Assembly: GCA_009103225.1 (NCBI GenBank)
Contig: RHPI01000026.1
Span: 367,210 to 431,209, forward strand
Direction: 5' to 3'
Source of the DNA: Chlorokybus atmophyticus
Taxonomy: Eukaryota > Plantae > Mesostigma and Chlorokybus algae
Length of the DNA stretch: 64,000 nt
The notes beneath the pieces are model-generated. The model did no database searches and was not told the DNA's origin. It saw only the letters and a list, made by a program, of their open reading frames with translations. Below are positions 1 to 12,454 of this stretch, one piece after another (the stretch's first letter is position 1; each line of letters begins with the position of its first letter). A program made the position numbers and the translations under genes.

Positions 1-71
1 GGCTATCACTGCTTGAAGCGATATCGACAGGGCCGGCTTGATACAAAGCGCGATATCGAGTGCAGCCGAGC

Positions 72-3000
72 ATGCATGCGGGCACTGGCGTCTGTGCTTT
101 ATCCGTGGCGTTGATGGCGGCGGTGGCAGCGGCGGTGTCGGTGGCGGGGTCTTTAAGGGTGGCCAGCAGCAGTAGCAGTAGCAGCATTGGTGAAGCTCGT
201 ACGAGCGGTGCTGCTCCACGCAGCAGGCGCCGTAGCCGTTGCCACAGCCGCAACTCAGCAGCCTCTGCAGCGCCTCGTTCTAGGTGTCAAGTGGACAGCT
301 GTGGAGGCGATGGTGGTGGAGCACATGAACTGCCTCCTCCGTCTCACAGGCAAGCTGCGGATGCTTCTGGAGCATTGCCCTTAAGGATCGTCCTGACGGC
401 GTTGCTGTCTGCGGCGCCAATTGTCACAGCTGGCGCTTGCGAGGTGCGTGCATGCATTGTCGAGCTGTGCAATTCTGAGCGTACAACTTTGCCTACTACG
501 TGCAATGCTGACCATAGTTTGTTTGTATGCATGCTCAGTGGTATCGCTGCTAATTTACCTTAGGTGGTTGTGCTGGTTACTGGCATGGCGACAGCCTGTG
601 CTGTTTATGTAGGCAGTGGCTGCATGTTGAGCCAAGCGGCAAACAACTCAGTTTGGTCACTCAGCAGTGTAATTGTTAGCGGTGTTAGCTCTGTGCCATA
701 GCTGTGAGCATGGTAGGTCCACCACGCCAACTGCCACTGCAGTTTATTGCCTATGCTTTGACCTACCTCCGCTGATACTGGTTTTGTTAAGAAATAGTCG
801 GTAGCTATTCCTGCCAAGAAACACCCAGCGCAGGAGTCAGGTTCCAACCTGCAGATGTACACAGAACAGTTTGTAACTTGAGCTCACGTATAGAGGCTGA
901 GTACCATGCCCTTTGTGCAGGCACTGCAAGCTCCGACAACAGCCGACCGGCCTGCCGCAGTTGCTGAGCCATCATTGTCAAGCACCACCACGTCACTAAA
1001 GCTACCAGACTCTCCCTTTCCAGAGGTGTCCGGAAGGGTCAGCTCTCAGGATGCTTCACAGAATGCACTGCAGCAGCGCACATTACTGCCTCGAGTGGGC
1101 TTGCCGGACCTTTCAAACATGCCGGACTTGTCCAGCAGCGCCACGGCGGCCTGGAATGATCTCGTGGCCAAGGGCAATAATGCGTATGACAAGCTCAAGA
1201 GCTTGAAGCTACCGCCACTCCCCACGCACAGGCTTCCGTCTCTGCCCGATGTGAAGAGTCTAGCTTCTCAGCTGCCAGCTCCAAATTTGAGCGGTCTAAG
1301 CAGCAGCGAAGCAGTTGCTCCGGCTGCGGTTGCCGCAGGAGGCCTCGTGGGCCTGCTGCTATGGCAACAGGCAGCTCTTGCCCGTGTCAAAAGACAGGTT
1401 GCGGCGTTGGAGGAGGAGCGAGCCGCTGCGCAAAATGCGCTTCAACAGTTGGCTTCTGCAAACGGTGTGTCCACTGCAGATGAGGTTCGTAGCACGATGC
1501 GTAGGACACAGCAGCATGCAGGATATGATTGAACAGACATGTTTTGGCTGACAGTCTGTCAGAATATAGACGCATGTGCTCGCACGTCTGCACGTGTGTG
1601 CGTGTGCATATGTATATATGTGGCTAAAGCATGCATAGCGAGTTCAGGCATGCACTCGCATTACTGGCTACGCAGATTTTGAGCAGCATCTGTTGTTATG
1701 TCGTCGTCTGCATTGCTTAGTATATATCACGATATGTAAGCATTGCATCGACGTTGGCGGAGATGTGTTGCTGAAGTACAAGGGCACCATGCAGGTTTCA
1801 CCAGGAAAGGCATGGCTGGAGCAAGCGGTGGGACGCCTGCAGGTGTCCTTGACATCAGCCGCGCAGGCGCAGCAGAGGCTGGAGGAGCAAGTCTTGGGAC
1901 TCCAGCACCTGCTTGAGACGGAGCGAGAGACCGTCGCTCAGTTGCAGGAGAGCTTAGCATCCACTAAGCAATCGCTGCAAGAGAGCCGAGCCTCGTATGC
2001 GGCGCTGCTGCAGCAATACGAAGACAAGGTGGTGGAGTTACATGACTTGGAAGAAACGCTGAATGCTGAGCTTAGAGAAGTTCAGGCCGAAGCGGCCACC
2101 TTGAGCGATGAGCTCGATGAGCGCACCGTTTCGCTTCAACAAGCGCAAGCGTTGCAGCGTGAAACGGAGGCTTTGCTTCGCGGCGAGGAGCAGAAGAGTT
2201 ATGAGCTTGAGCAGTCGCTGTCTTCTGTTGAGGAAGAGTTGACAGAGGAGCGAGCTTTGCGCACTGCACGCGACAACAAGCTTACGCAACAGGCAAACGT
2301 TATGCAGGTCAGTGAGACGCTTGTCCTGGTTTTATGTGGTCAATATTCTGATACATACGTCGGTGCTAATGTTGCTGCTGTTGTAGAAACTTCGCAGTGA
2401 CTTGGCTCAGCTGGAGCGGTTGCTAAGATCGGAGCAGTCCACGGCGGCTTCCCTGACAAAGCAAATCCAGGAAGCTGAGGCGTCGTTGAAAGAGCGGTAT
2501 AGTCAGATCAAGTCATTGTCGCTGGATTTGCAGCAGAAACAGCAGACAATCTCGTCGCTGCTTGAAACCAAGAGGTCTCTAGAAGACCAGGTAAATGCTC
2601 AAACCTATGATGCTGCAACCAAGGGTGTCAACTGCTACGTGCCTATGGTTGTGACACTTCCCATGTTGCACAGGTAACGAGTACAAAGGGTGCGCTTGTG
2701 GAGAAGAGCAAACAGCTGGATGTGACGGAAACCAAGTTGAAGGGAGAGCTCCGGCAGCGCGAGGCTGACCAAAGGCGCATTGAGGTTGGCGAGTCGTTCA
2801 CTTGCATGCCAGCTGTAGACTGCAACACTCATGTGCGTTGCAGTCCACAGCTGATCGGTTGTGCTCGTGTCGCAGGCCCTGGAGCGAGAAAGCAAATGGG
2901 AAAGGTCTGCTCGGGAGGCCCTTGCTGTGGAGTTGAGAGGTCAAAAAGAAGTTGCTGAAAGTCAGGTATAGCGTGAAGCCCTGCATTATGTGTATGCGTG

Positions 3001-5062
3001 CATGTATGTAATGAATGGCCCATCCGGTTGCAGAGGGCAGCGGCCACCAAATTGGAGGAAACGTTGGCAGACGAGCGCTCGACCTCGTCGAACCTGCGGA
3101 ATGATCTTGGTCAGCTCAGGAAAGCCAGCACCACGCTGCGGCAGCAGAACATTTCCCTGCAGCGCGAGCTGGAAGTGCGCTCGCATGCGTTTGAAGACGA
3201 GCTCAAGGCTGTCAACGACGCCATTGCGGACTTGAAGACTGAACTTGTCGCGGTCAACCAGGCTTTGCTCGATGAGCGTGCAACTGTTGCATCGGCCCAG
3301 TGGGGTCGCAAACGAGAGGTGCGACTCTCATGTTTAGCTCTTGTGCAGTGACTAGATTGTGTTGAAATTGAGCGTGGCTGAGCCTGGTGTTACACAACTT
3401 TAAGGTTGCTCTGGCCAAAGAGGCAGCTGACGCGCATCAGCGGCAGCGACGGGAAGCCGAGGACGCTCTCAGGGCTGCGCAAAGGGGCCTGGAGGCTATG
3501 GGAGGAGAGGTGACAAAGCGTTTGCATTGCATCATTGACGAACGGCTTTGAGGTTGGCCAGAAGTGGCTACATATATAAGCTCGCCGCTGATGCTGTTCT
3601 GTGCTCAGGTGGCTGAGCTCAGGGCGGAGATCGCTGCAATTGAAGTTGAGCTCCTGAATGAACGCAGCCAGCGCATGGAGCTCATGGAGTACTTGGCCAA
3701 AATGCAAGGCAAGCCAAGCAAAAGGCGTGCATCACTTAGGCATACGAGACACCTTATCTCTACTAGACATCCTTTCAGAGATTAGTCCCATACTGGCTTG
3801 CATAGAAGCTGCACATTGCTGACGAATCTGCGCCCCTGTTGTAACATTCGGCGAGTGGGTGATAGGCTGCACTGGGCAAACAACAGGGAGAGCTGAGTGG
3901 CTGTGATCTTATCGCGCAGGTGCCGCGGCAACATTGAAGTTCCCGAAGCAGACGCAACCCAGACCTGGCCAGCGGCTGGAAGATGTTGTCACCGCATCAG
4001 AGTCAGTCGGCGGCGTCACAGCCGCGGCTGCCCTCCAGCCAAACCTTGTGAACTCCAATGACCAGGAGCGCATGCTGCGGGAACGCGAGCGGGAGCGCGA
4101 ACGGGAGAGGGAACGGGAACGTGAAGCTGAGCGCGAGCGCGAACGTCGGCGGGATGAGGTATGAACCATGACCACAGAGATGTTAGCACAACGGGATGGA
4201 TTATGTTGCTGTCGGCCGGCGTTACTTACAGCGTCTAGAATTGTCGGTCACTCTATACACACTGTGCTTACTCCACAGCAGTACAGCTTGTTCCAAGGTG
4301 TCGCTAAGGGCCACTAGCTGGAAAACCAACTTGTTGGCTGGGCGAGAGATATCTTGCTGGACCTGCTCGCATGATGTGTGGTCGTGTGTCTGCAGGAGCG
4401 GAAAAGGGAAAGGGAGGCCGACATGTTGGTGCTGACGCAGCTGGAGCAGGAGGTTCAATCGCTCACTTACGCGTTGGGCATTGAGCGCAAGACAAATGCG
4501 CAACTCCGCAAGGATTGCGCAGCCGCCCAGGAACAAGGCCAGCGTCTTCGGCGGCAGCTCATGGACGGCGTACCCATTGCCACCTCTGATGGTATGCTGG
4601 TAGTGTGGCTATTTTGTCACGCGTACGCACTGGTGTTGGTGTTGACTCCTGTGCACACTTCGTTAATCTATCAAAGCAGGTTCCACCATCGCAGCACTGA
4701 AAGGGCGCTGGCTGTTGCGCACACCGGACAGAGGGGGCACCCCGCCAGTCGGGGGCTGGCCGACAGTCGCTCCACCCAACATGCCGCAGTACATGCCTTC
4801 AGAGTTGGTCCGTGGAGCCAACAGCCGCTCACCCACCCCCACATCAACCCCTGTCCCGCCATCACAGCCCGTCCCGCAGAGCACCACCCCTCGTCCACAG
4901 AGGCCCCCATCCACACGGCCGCCAACACCCCCTCCGAGTCCACAGCCGCCTCGCCCTGGACCTTTGCTCAACAACAACGTGTTGCACCGCACCCCCCCCG
5001 CGGGGTCTCCCAAGAACGTACGGAGGCAGACCGGGCCGGCTCCTCGCGGGGAGCAACCGTGA
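72..5062 (+). CDS. Multi-exon long coiled-coil protein with plastid transit-like N-terminus and a hydrophobic anchor; MFP1-like candidate, with RE-repeat and Pro-rich C-terminus
   Basis: Hand-spliced exons stay in frame, e.g. GAG|gtgcgt ... tag|AGG CTG AGT ACC ATG at 894 and ATG CAA G|gcaagc (3709) ... cag|GT GCC GCG at 3920. The N-terminus is Ser/Ala/Arg-rich (ATG at 72 or 114). A hydrophobic segment AAVAAGGLVGLLLW (~1325-1365) precedes E/Q/L/K heptad-rich exons across 1800-3700, an (RE)n tract at ~4075-4155 and a Pro-rich last exon ending TGA at 5062. Confidence 0.7.
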
Positions 5063-5971
5063 GCAGTACACTGTGTTGTCTGTGAGTGGGATTGGGTGTT
5101 TCGTGTTGCGTGGCCTGTGATCTGATTGACCACTATATGGTAGGGTAGCTATTGTGCAGCGCTACTATTATGTTAGCTGCACCTGGTTATGGCAGCGGGG
5201 GCCAATGCAACAGTTTGCACCTGCTCTAGTTGTAAGCACTGTATTGAACAAAGGGCTTGGCTAAGTTGCAGGTGGTTGGCACTCAGAAGGCTGAGCTTTG
5301 CCACAAGCATGGCTAAAACTGCCAGGCGATGTCTGTGCGAGTTGCGCAGGGAGGCTGACTCAAGTCATGCCGTGTGATTCACCTCACTGCCTTACAACTA
5401 TAGCAGGACCCCACCGAGCCGTGTATCAGCTGAAGCTGAGTGCTTGGTTCACAGCCACCTATGAAGAGGGTGTGCAATGGATGTTTGAGTATACTGCTTG
5501 TGTATTTTGCATGCATACATGAGGTCGTGTGGGCAGGTAACCACTGTAAATGCATGCGAGTCAGACTGATTGCAGGCATCACCCCTCCAATTTGGCTGAT
5601 GCATGCATGACTGAAAGGGCGAAGCGGTAGTTGGAGTAATTTAGCGAGTGAGCGGCAAGAGGACATGAGTAGATCAGCCCAGTGATGAAGTAATGTCTGG
5701 GAGTGAATGAAGCCGATGTGTATGCCTGCCATGTGCGATGCTGTGCATCATGCTGAACGAGTGTACAGCAGTACAGTGCAAGTCGCCATTGCGCTTTAGA
5801 TATGTATACACGCTGGCGCACATCCAACACCAAGTGTGCTTGCACACAACAAACTTGCAAGAACTACAACAAAGAGACCGTTTATGCTACAAGGGAGCGC
5901 CTGCAACCAATCATACTCTAAGTTCATCTTACATGCATCTTACAACCTTCCATTGCACTACAGCGCTCATG

Positions 5972-8900
5972 TCACGAGTGTGCTTCCTTTAACCTCTGCT
6001 CGCAGCGCCGCCTCACCTCATCCGCTTTGCAGAACTTCTCATGCGTTTCCGCCAAGCGTGCGATCAGGAACCGTCTCCTGCTCTCAGCAAACTCCTGCGT
6101 ATCACGCGCATCCCCGACAGGACTCCACGTATTGGATGTCGCAGTTGTTGTGATATCCTTGAGCTTCACCAGCTCATTCTCGAGGCCGGAGATGGTTGCC
6201 GACAGTGGCTCGAGCTGCGCACTGGCCGCGAGCAAGTCCAATCCCGGCCGCAGCCGCTCGTCCGCGGCTATCTTGCGCATGGCCTCTAGCATCACGGGAG
6301 ACCCCGTCCGGAGTGTTGCCGGCTTGTTCGGCTGCAGATTCACCTATTTTGTAACAAAGTGGGAAGAAAGTTGTCACCTTAGAGCGTATGACATGTGCGC
6401 TGCAAGTCAATGCCACAAGCACATTGACTGAGTAATTGAGGTAGAAAACACGCACTCCAACAACACAGACTGGCAGATACTTACAACATGAACAAAGTTT
6501 AAGCTATGCAACCAACCTGCAGCAACTGAGCTCTCACGAGCGAGTCCAGAGCGTCGTCGTTGCCTTTGAAGACATTGAAGAGCATGGCATCATACTCGAC
6601 TTCACCGCTTTTAGAGGCGGCCATTGCCAGGATGACATTCCACAGCTGCGCCTGTGTGGCCACACAGGGTGTGTCAAGGGACTGTGTAAAGTGTTTACAG
6701 GTTGAGATGTGAGTTCATCCAGTCCCAGGTCAGTAACAAGTTACTGACCTGAGACCACTTTGCAGCACCCTTCTTGTGTTGTGCATCGGTGCCGAACAGA
6801 TACGACCTCACGTCCTCAATCGCATCACGCACTATCTCTGCAACGGCCTCGTGCACGGGAGTACCTGCTTTGATACTCCTACAAAAGGGCAAACGAAGTT
6901 GCAAGCTCTTCAAGGGTAGTGGCATAGACAAGCAAGAGTCACACAGTAGCTGGTTGATCATGTAGTGCACCTGACTAAGGTTTGAAGGTCCGAGAAGCGG
7001 CCCCCCAACACCGCGATGGCCTGCAGGCTGTCTTCGTCAAGATTGTCGGCGTCTTCGTCGAGGTGTTGGGCCACAAACTGCACTGCTGCATCCCTGCATG
7101 CAGACAAAACAGTTACTGCCAGCCGAATGGAACGACTCTCATGCGCATGCACGTGCGCAAGTGCACGCACACACTCGTCTGCAACAAACAAACAAATTTG
7201 CGTGCGAATGCAATAAGACACGTCTGACCCCAATTGCACGATTCGTAAACGAGGGAACGCCAACTACCTGCTGGCGTCAGCCAAGCGCACGCTGTCTAGT
7301 GCGATCCAAGGATGGGCTGAAGCCACGTCCTTCTCGAGGGAAGTGCGGTCGGTCACAAAGATGACGCGCGCAAGACCCAATCTCGTCACCTGCATGCAAG
7401 ATAATGACATAAGGTTGTGATGAAGTTGGGAGCTCGGCGAGATCAACTACCAAGATATGTGTACATACAATTGGTCCACACGCATGTACACATGTTAATG
7501 CTACATACCCACATACTCATGTACCTAACGTACAAACAGAGCATACATAAGGTGCACAGATATGATACAAACACACATACACACATGATACACACCTCAG
7601 CCGCCCATGTCACCAGCGTGTACAAGAAATGGCTCTTCTTATCCGCGTTGTCCTCCGTAAACCCGGTGATCACAAACAACGGCACCTGTTGCATTTTTCA
7701 ACACCAACCATCAACCAAACCACACGCGCAACCCAACACGCTATCAACTCATTAAACCAACAGGCACACACCTTTGCAGCAACGGCTTCATCATCACGGC
7801 CAGCCGGCGCTTGCGAGGTAGCGGCAGCTGCGTTTATCTGGCGTGTGCGAATCCTCTCAAGTGCAGCATCAACACAATCCAAAATCTTTATGACGTTGCC
7901 GGCGGCCACGCCCTGCTGCTTCGCGGCCGCGGCGCCCGGCGTGAACACGTCGAGGAAGCTCGTCACGTAGCTCAGGAAGGTGAACCCCGGCATGAAGCCG
8001 ACAGACGCGGCAAGCGCCGTCACGAACTCGTCGTCGGCGCGATCGAGCATCGACCTCACGTCGATGTTGACAACATTCTGCAAGAATTGAGGTATGATGA
8101 CAGGCCCATACATGTTTGCATACATGCATGTGTGGACGCAGATGCATGCATGTACACACTAGCGTGGCGTGTACACACGCACACATGCGCGCGCGCATAT
8201 GCGCATGCATTTGCACACACACGCCCACGCCCACGTACAGTTGCACAAGTACAAGTGTGTGGCGATTTTGTCAGGGCGGGCAAAACAAGTCAACCTGTGT
8301 GTCTCTGTCCTTGAGCACGCGGGAGAGCAAGTCTAGCGCGCCGCTGCCGTATGGGCCGCTGAGAAAGAGCGGCCGCGCCGGCGCGCGATCAAGCCACTTG
8401 GCCACCTGTTGGGCGTCCTGCTCGCGCGCTTGCCACGTCGCCACAGCCTGTTGGTTATGGGGGAAACAGCAACACTCAGTCTTTCAACCAGAGTCCTTTG
8501 AGATAGTATTCACTGGAACTGCTGTGCAACATACCGTGTCTTCGGTGCCTACACCGTGTCCCAGTCTCAATCGGTCAAAGGAAAGCCACTCAATGATCTG
8601 ACCGGTAGACAGCTTGGCTTTGCGCGCAAGCCTGCGCAGCTGCCCAACAACATACGTCATGAAAGCAATGCTTGTTACAATTGCAGAGAAGCATGTACGT
8701 GCATGTATGTGTGGGTGCATGCCTGCGTGCATATGAACGTGTATCTGCGCGTGCGTGTGTACGCACATGTGTTTGCGCATGCGTGTGTCTTTTTGCGCAC
8801 GTGTGCGTGCGTGCATGTGTGCGCGTGTGCGTGGTGGGTGGAACGGCGGGGGAGTTTGTTTTTGTGTGTATGTGCATGTGCGCACATGTTCATGCATGTG

Positions 8901-10989
8901 GCTGTGCGTGCGTATGTGTAGCTCACCTGTGCTGTGCCAAGGAAGTTGAGGCCTGTGTACCGTCCAGTGATGCGGTTGTCGATCGACATGATGCGCAGGG
9001 GATCAAACACGAGGTATGTGCCTAGGGCCAGGAGGATACCGAACACGGGCACAACGATCCGCGGGTGCTTTGATATGTAGTCTTGCACTATGCTCGAGCG
9101 CAGGTAAGGCAGATACGACAACCGAACCTGCGCACAGAACTCCTCACTACATTGATGACGTAAGCATACGCACAGAGAACAATATTTTAAGCAAGGACAT
9201 GCAAGCGCGTGCGTACACGCAAATTTGCACACACACGCACACGCATCCTCACAAACCCACCCACACACCCGCCCGTACACGACACCAGATGATACCAAAC
9301 CCAAATTCAACAAAGCACAGCATCAACGCAAATACACCAACTCACACCTTACAGGACTCCGTCCCCGGCACGAACGCTCTGTGCGCGCAGTTTAGCGCCG
9401 CCACCGACGCTTCCGGTTTCTGAAACACGACGGTTGCGACGCGCGGCCCTTCTTTCGGCATCGTTCCGAGCTCGACTTGCGTCAATCGGCCGAAGGGCCG
9501 CAGCAGAGCATAGAGCCCCTCCTCGCCGACGAGAGCGGATTCGGTGCCGGACAACTCCGCGCGGAGGCGGGTGGAGGGGTAGCGAGCGGCGGCGGACATG
9601 TCCTCGCAGAAGGGTTCCCCAACGACCTGTTGTCTCTTGTTTTTTTTGTTGGTGTGTGCGCGTGTATGCATGTGTGGGTATGTGTGTGTGACCGTGCGTG
9701 CGCGCGTGCATGGGCGCGTGTGTGTGTAGACATGACATAAATGGGAATGCAACAACCACACAGAACAGGAAGACTTTCAACTGGATGCAACTTTCACACA
9801 AGTGACACAGTGTGTGCAACACATGTATGTACGTTTACCACCGCTATCTGCACGCTTCACAATGTCACACGCGCATGTCACATGTGCACACGCATATACT
9901 TGACATATTGTTGGTGTGGTTCCAGCATCTGACCTTGTAGACGCTCATGGTTCTTCTTGCGAGCCATGCACGGAAGGGGTTTGCGTCCAGCTGTTGCTTA
10001 ATGCGATTCGTGACCTGCACGCTGCATTGAAGTCAACATCAACACATAAGCATACACTGAGATAGAAACAAACCATGACACACAAAAAGTTAACAACTAT
10101 TGATTCTAATTGTACCTCCTCTGAAGTAAGAGCGCTGCCTTCGCACGCGCGGTAGTACACTATCGTGCCGCCGTCCCGTAGCTTTGTGCATAATGCCTCC
10201 GCCTTCACGCCCTCCGGCAGCAAACTGAAGAGTAATGTGTATTAGATGAAGATGTCGTCCAAGTGTGGTGGAACGCGGTTGGTTTGTTCGCTACCAAATG
10301 AAGGCTTTCAACAGCATTGCTTCAAGAGCAAGGGTTGGTTGCAGTGTGCGGTGTGCGTGCAAGGATTGTAAACAACATGTGCTTGTGCGAGCTTGCGTTC
10401 TGCAGTATGGCAAACAACAGTATGGCAATGCATGCCAATATAAGTGTTGACGGAAAACCAACAACGTGCTTCATGCCAAGGCAGCACTTTGACGAGAGTC
10501 GAGTGGCCTGTGATGTGTATACAGTACCCAACACACTCCTTGCTGAGTTACCACAATTGTTGCACAATTGCACACAAACAGAGCGGTCTCTACTGTGCAA
10601 TTGTCAAACAACTGGCCTTGTCACAACAACCAGCAATCAGCAAGACGTGCTGAGATTATGTGTCTCTCCTCTCACTTGGTGAGAACGTAATTCTCTGCGC
10701 GTTCGGCCAAGAAGCGCAGCGGCAAGCCACCGTAGTACAGCCAAAGGGCGCCAGTAGAACCGCTAGTAGAACCGCTAGTACAACTGGCATTAGCACTGCC
10801 AATGCCAGTGCCAGTGGCTGGGCTGCTGGCCAATGAGGCCAGCTCAGGCTCTCCCCGCGCCGCCCCCTCCGCCACGAGGGAGCAGTGGTCCCTCTTCCTC
10901 CTTCTCGTCGTCGTCCTTGTGGCTAGCTGCAGCAGCAGCGGACGGCGCCGCCTCAGCCAGGCCGCCGCCGCTGCCGCCGCCGCCGCCAT
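5972..10989 (-). CDS. YME2: Mitochondrial escape protein 2 homologue (YME2/RNA12: RRM + TM + RNA12 AAA+-like domain), multi-exon
   Basis: Arg-rich presequence MAAAAAAAAAWLRRRRPLLL. RRM exon EEGLYALLRPFGRLTQV...ATVVF. YISKHPRIVVPVFGILLALGTYLVFDPLRIMSI matches the Yme2 TM region. WQAREQDAQQVAKWL...LSGPYGSG, SVGFMPGFTF, TWAAE and C-terminal GSPVMLEAMRKIAADERLRPGLDL...LENEL...RRFLIARL match remembered RNA12-domain blocks. Confidence 0.8.
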
Positions 10990-11243
10990 GCTGGGCGAAA
11001 GGCAGTGCACTCGCAGCATGCAAGGGAGCCACCACTTTGAAAGTCAAGAAAGGCAGTGAGTCACTCTGCTACTATGAGCTATGTGTGTTGTACCATACCA
11101 CTGTGATGCCTCATACATGCAGTGTTATGCGTTCGCTACCTACCTGTCACATGCACATACGGCAACATGCTTGCGCGCGTGTGTGAGTGCGCACATGCGA
11201 GGGTGCGCATGCGCGCACTCGCGCACATGCGTAATGCGTGTGC

Positions 11244-11245
<2 letters not shown>

Positions 11246-11287
<42 letters not shown>
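11246..11287. repeat. (TG)n microsatellite upstream of the YME2 start codon
   Basis: About 21 perfect TG units, embedded in an alternating purine-pyrimidine tract. Confidence 0.9.
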
Positions 11288-11291
<4 letters not shown>

Positions 11292-12454
11292 ACTGGTTGT
11301 TCTTAACTTGACATATCTGTTAGTCACATGCAGTGTGCTGCACACGAGACTAGTTGTGTCGTGCTCTGGCACACGCAGCACATCCAGCACACAAAACAGC
11401 ACCTCAGTACGCAACCGCGAGGCACGACGTGCATTCAACTGCACACTCGCAGCATGTGCACGTACACGTGTGCGCACTTGTGCGTGAACTTCTTGATTTC
11501 AACGCCAGGCCTTGATGGAGACCACAGGCACACAGAAGCAAGCAGGCATTGTGATTGTATTGACCGGCATGTATTGACCAACAACAACACATGCTTTCCG
11601 GCCCCTGCTCCAATACTGCATTGTGTGCGCTCTTTTTCTGTGCTTGCTTTGTTGCAGTAGACAACAGGGAGTCAGTGGCATGCACTTGGCTGGGGTAGGG
11701 TTTCTTAACCTGCTTGGAGGCATCGCAAATTAAGTTGCAACTCCGTTTGTGACGAAGAGAGTGAGAGAGCTGCTGTGAGGTTGATACGGCCTGGTGGTAT
11801 GATCTGCTGCTGTGGTATGGTCTGCTGCTGCCCACCAAGTTATGGACCAGGGAGGAGCTTCAAGCAGAACTTCGTGATGCATTGCTCGCTGGGAACATTG
11901 TTGAATGCATGTGATGCTTGCATTCTCGCAAAGTGGGCACGCGGACAACCTGCTAGTTGTAGACAGCATCAAGTGTTGATGGGGATGCAAATTTACTTAT
12001 GATTCAGGGGGTTTGTGACTGCTGAGGTGAGGTGTGGCTTCACTCATGACTACACACTCCTGGCGAGCATGCAGTACAGGTGGAGGGTACTACTCACAAG
12101 AACCCGGTGGCTGAAATCATACCGTGCATCCTGAGTTTGTAATGCTTGTTGATTACTGTTGTTGCGTATTCTGGAGGCAGACTGCAGCGACCATACCAGC
12201 TGAATGTAGCAACATAGTGGCAGCACAAGCGACAACAATAGGACAAACCTGAGTCAATATCCTTGGCAAACAACAGCCAGTTAACAGTCACAGCCACATT
12301 CTTACCAGGTTGAGCACTGGCTGGTTGCGCACTGAACATGTTATGTATATCAATGTCAATGTCGCATGTCCTGTACAAGGGGCGGCTGCGAACCGCTGAT
12401 CCAAATGCATGCTTTCAAAGCACAAACTCTGAATGACAGAACGCACGACCGACA

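Noticed and set aside
19-58. GATATC motif near several gene starts (also ~34402, ~36557, ~36587)
   Set aside because: A 6-mer palindrome is expected by chance many times in 64 kb, and it is absent from most promoters here.
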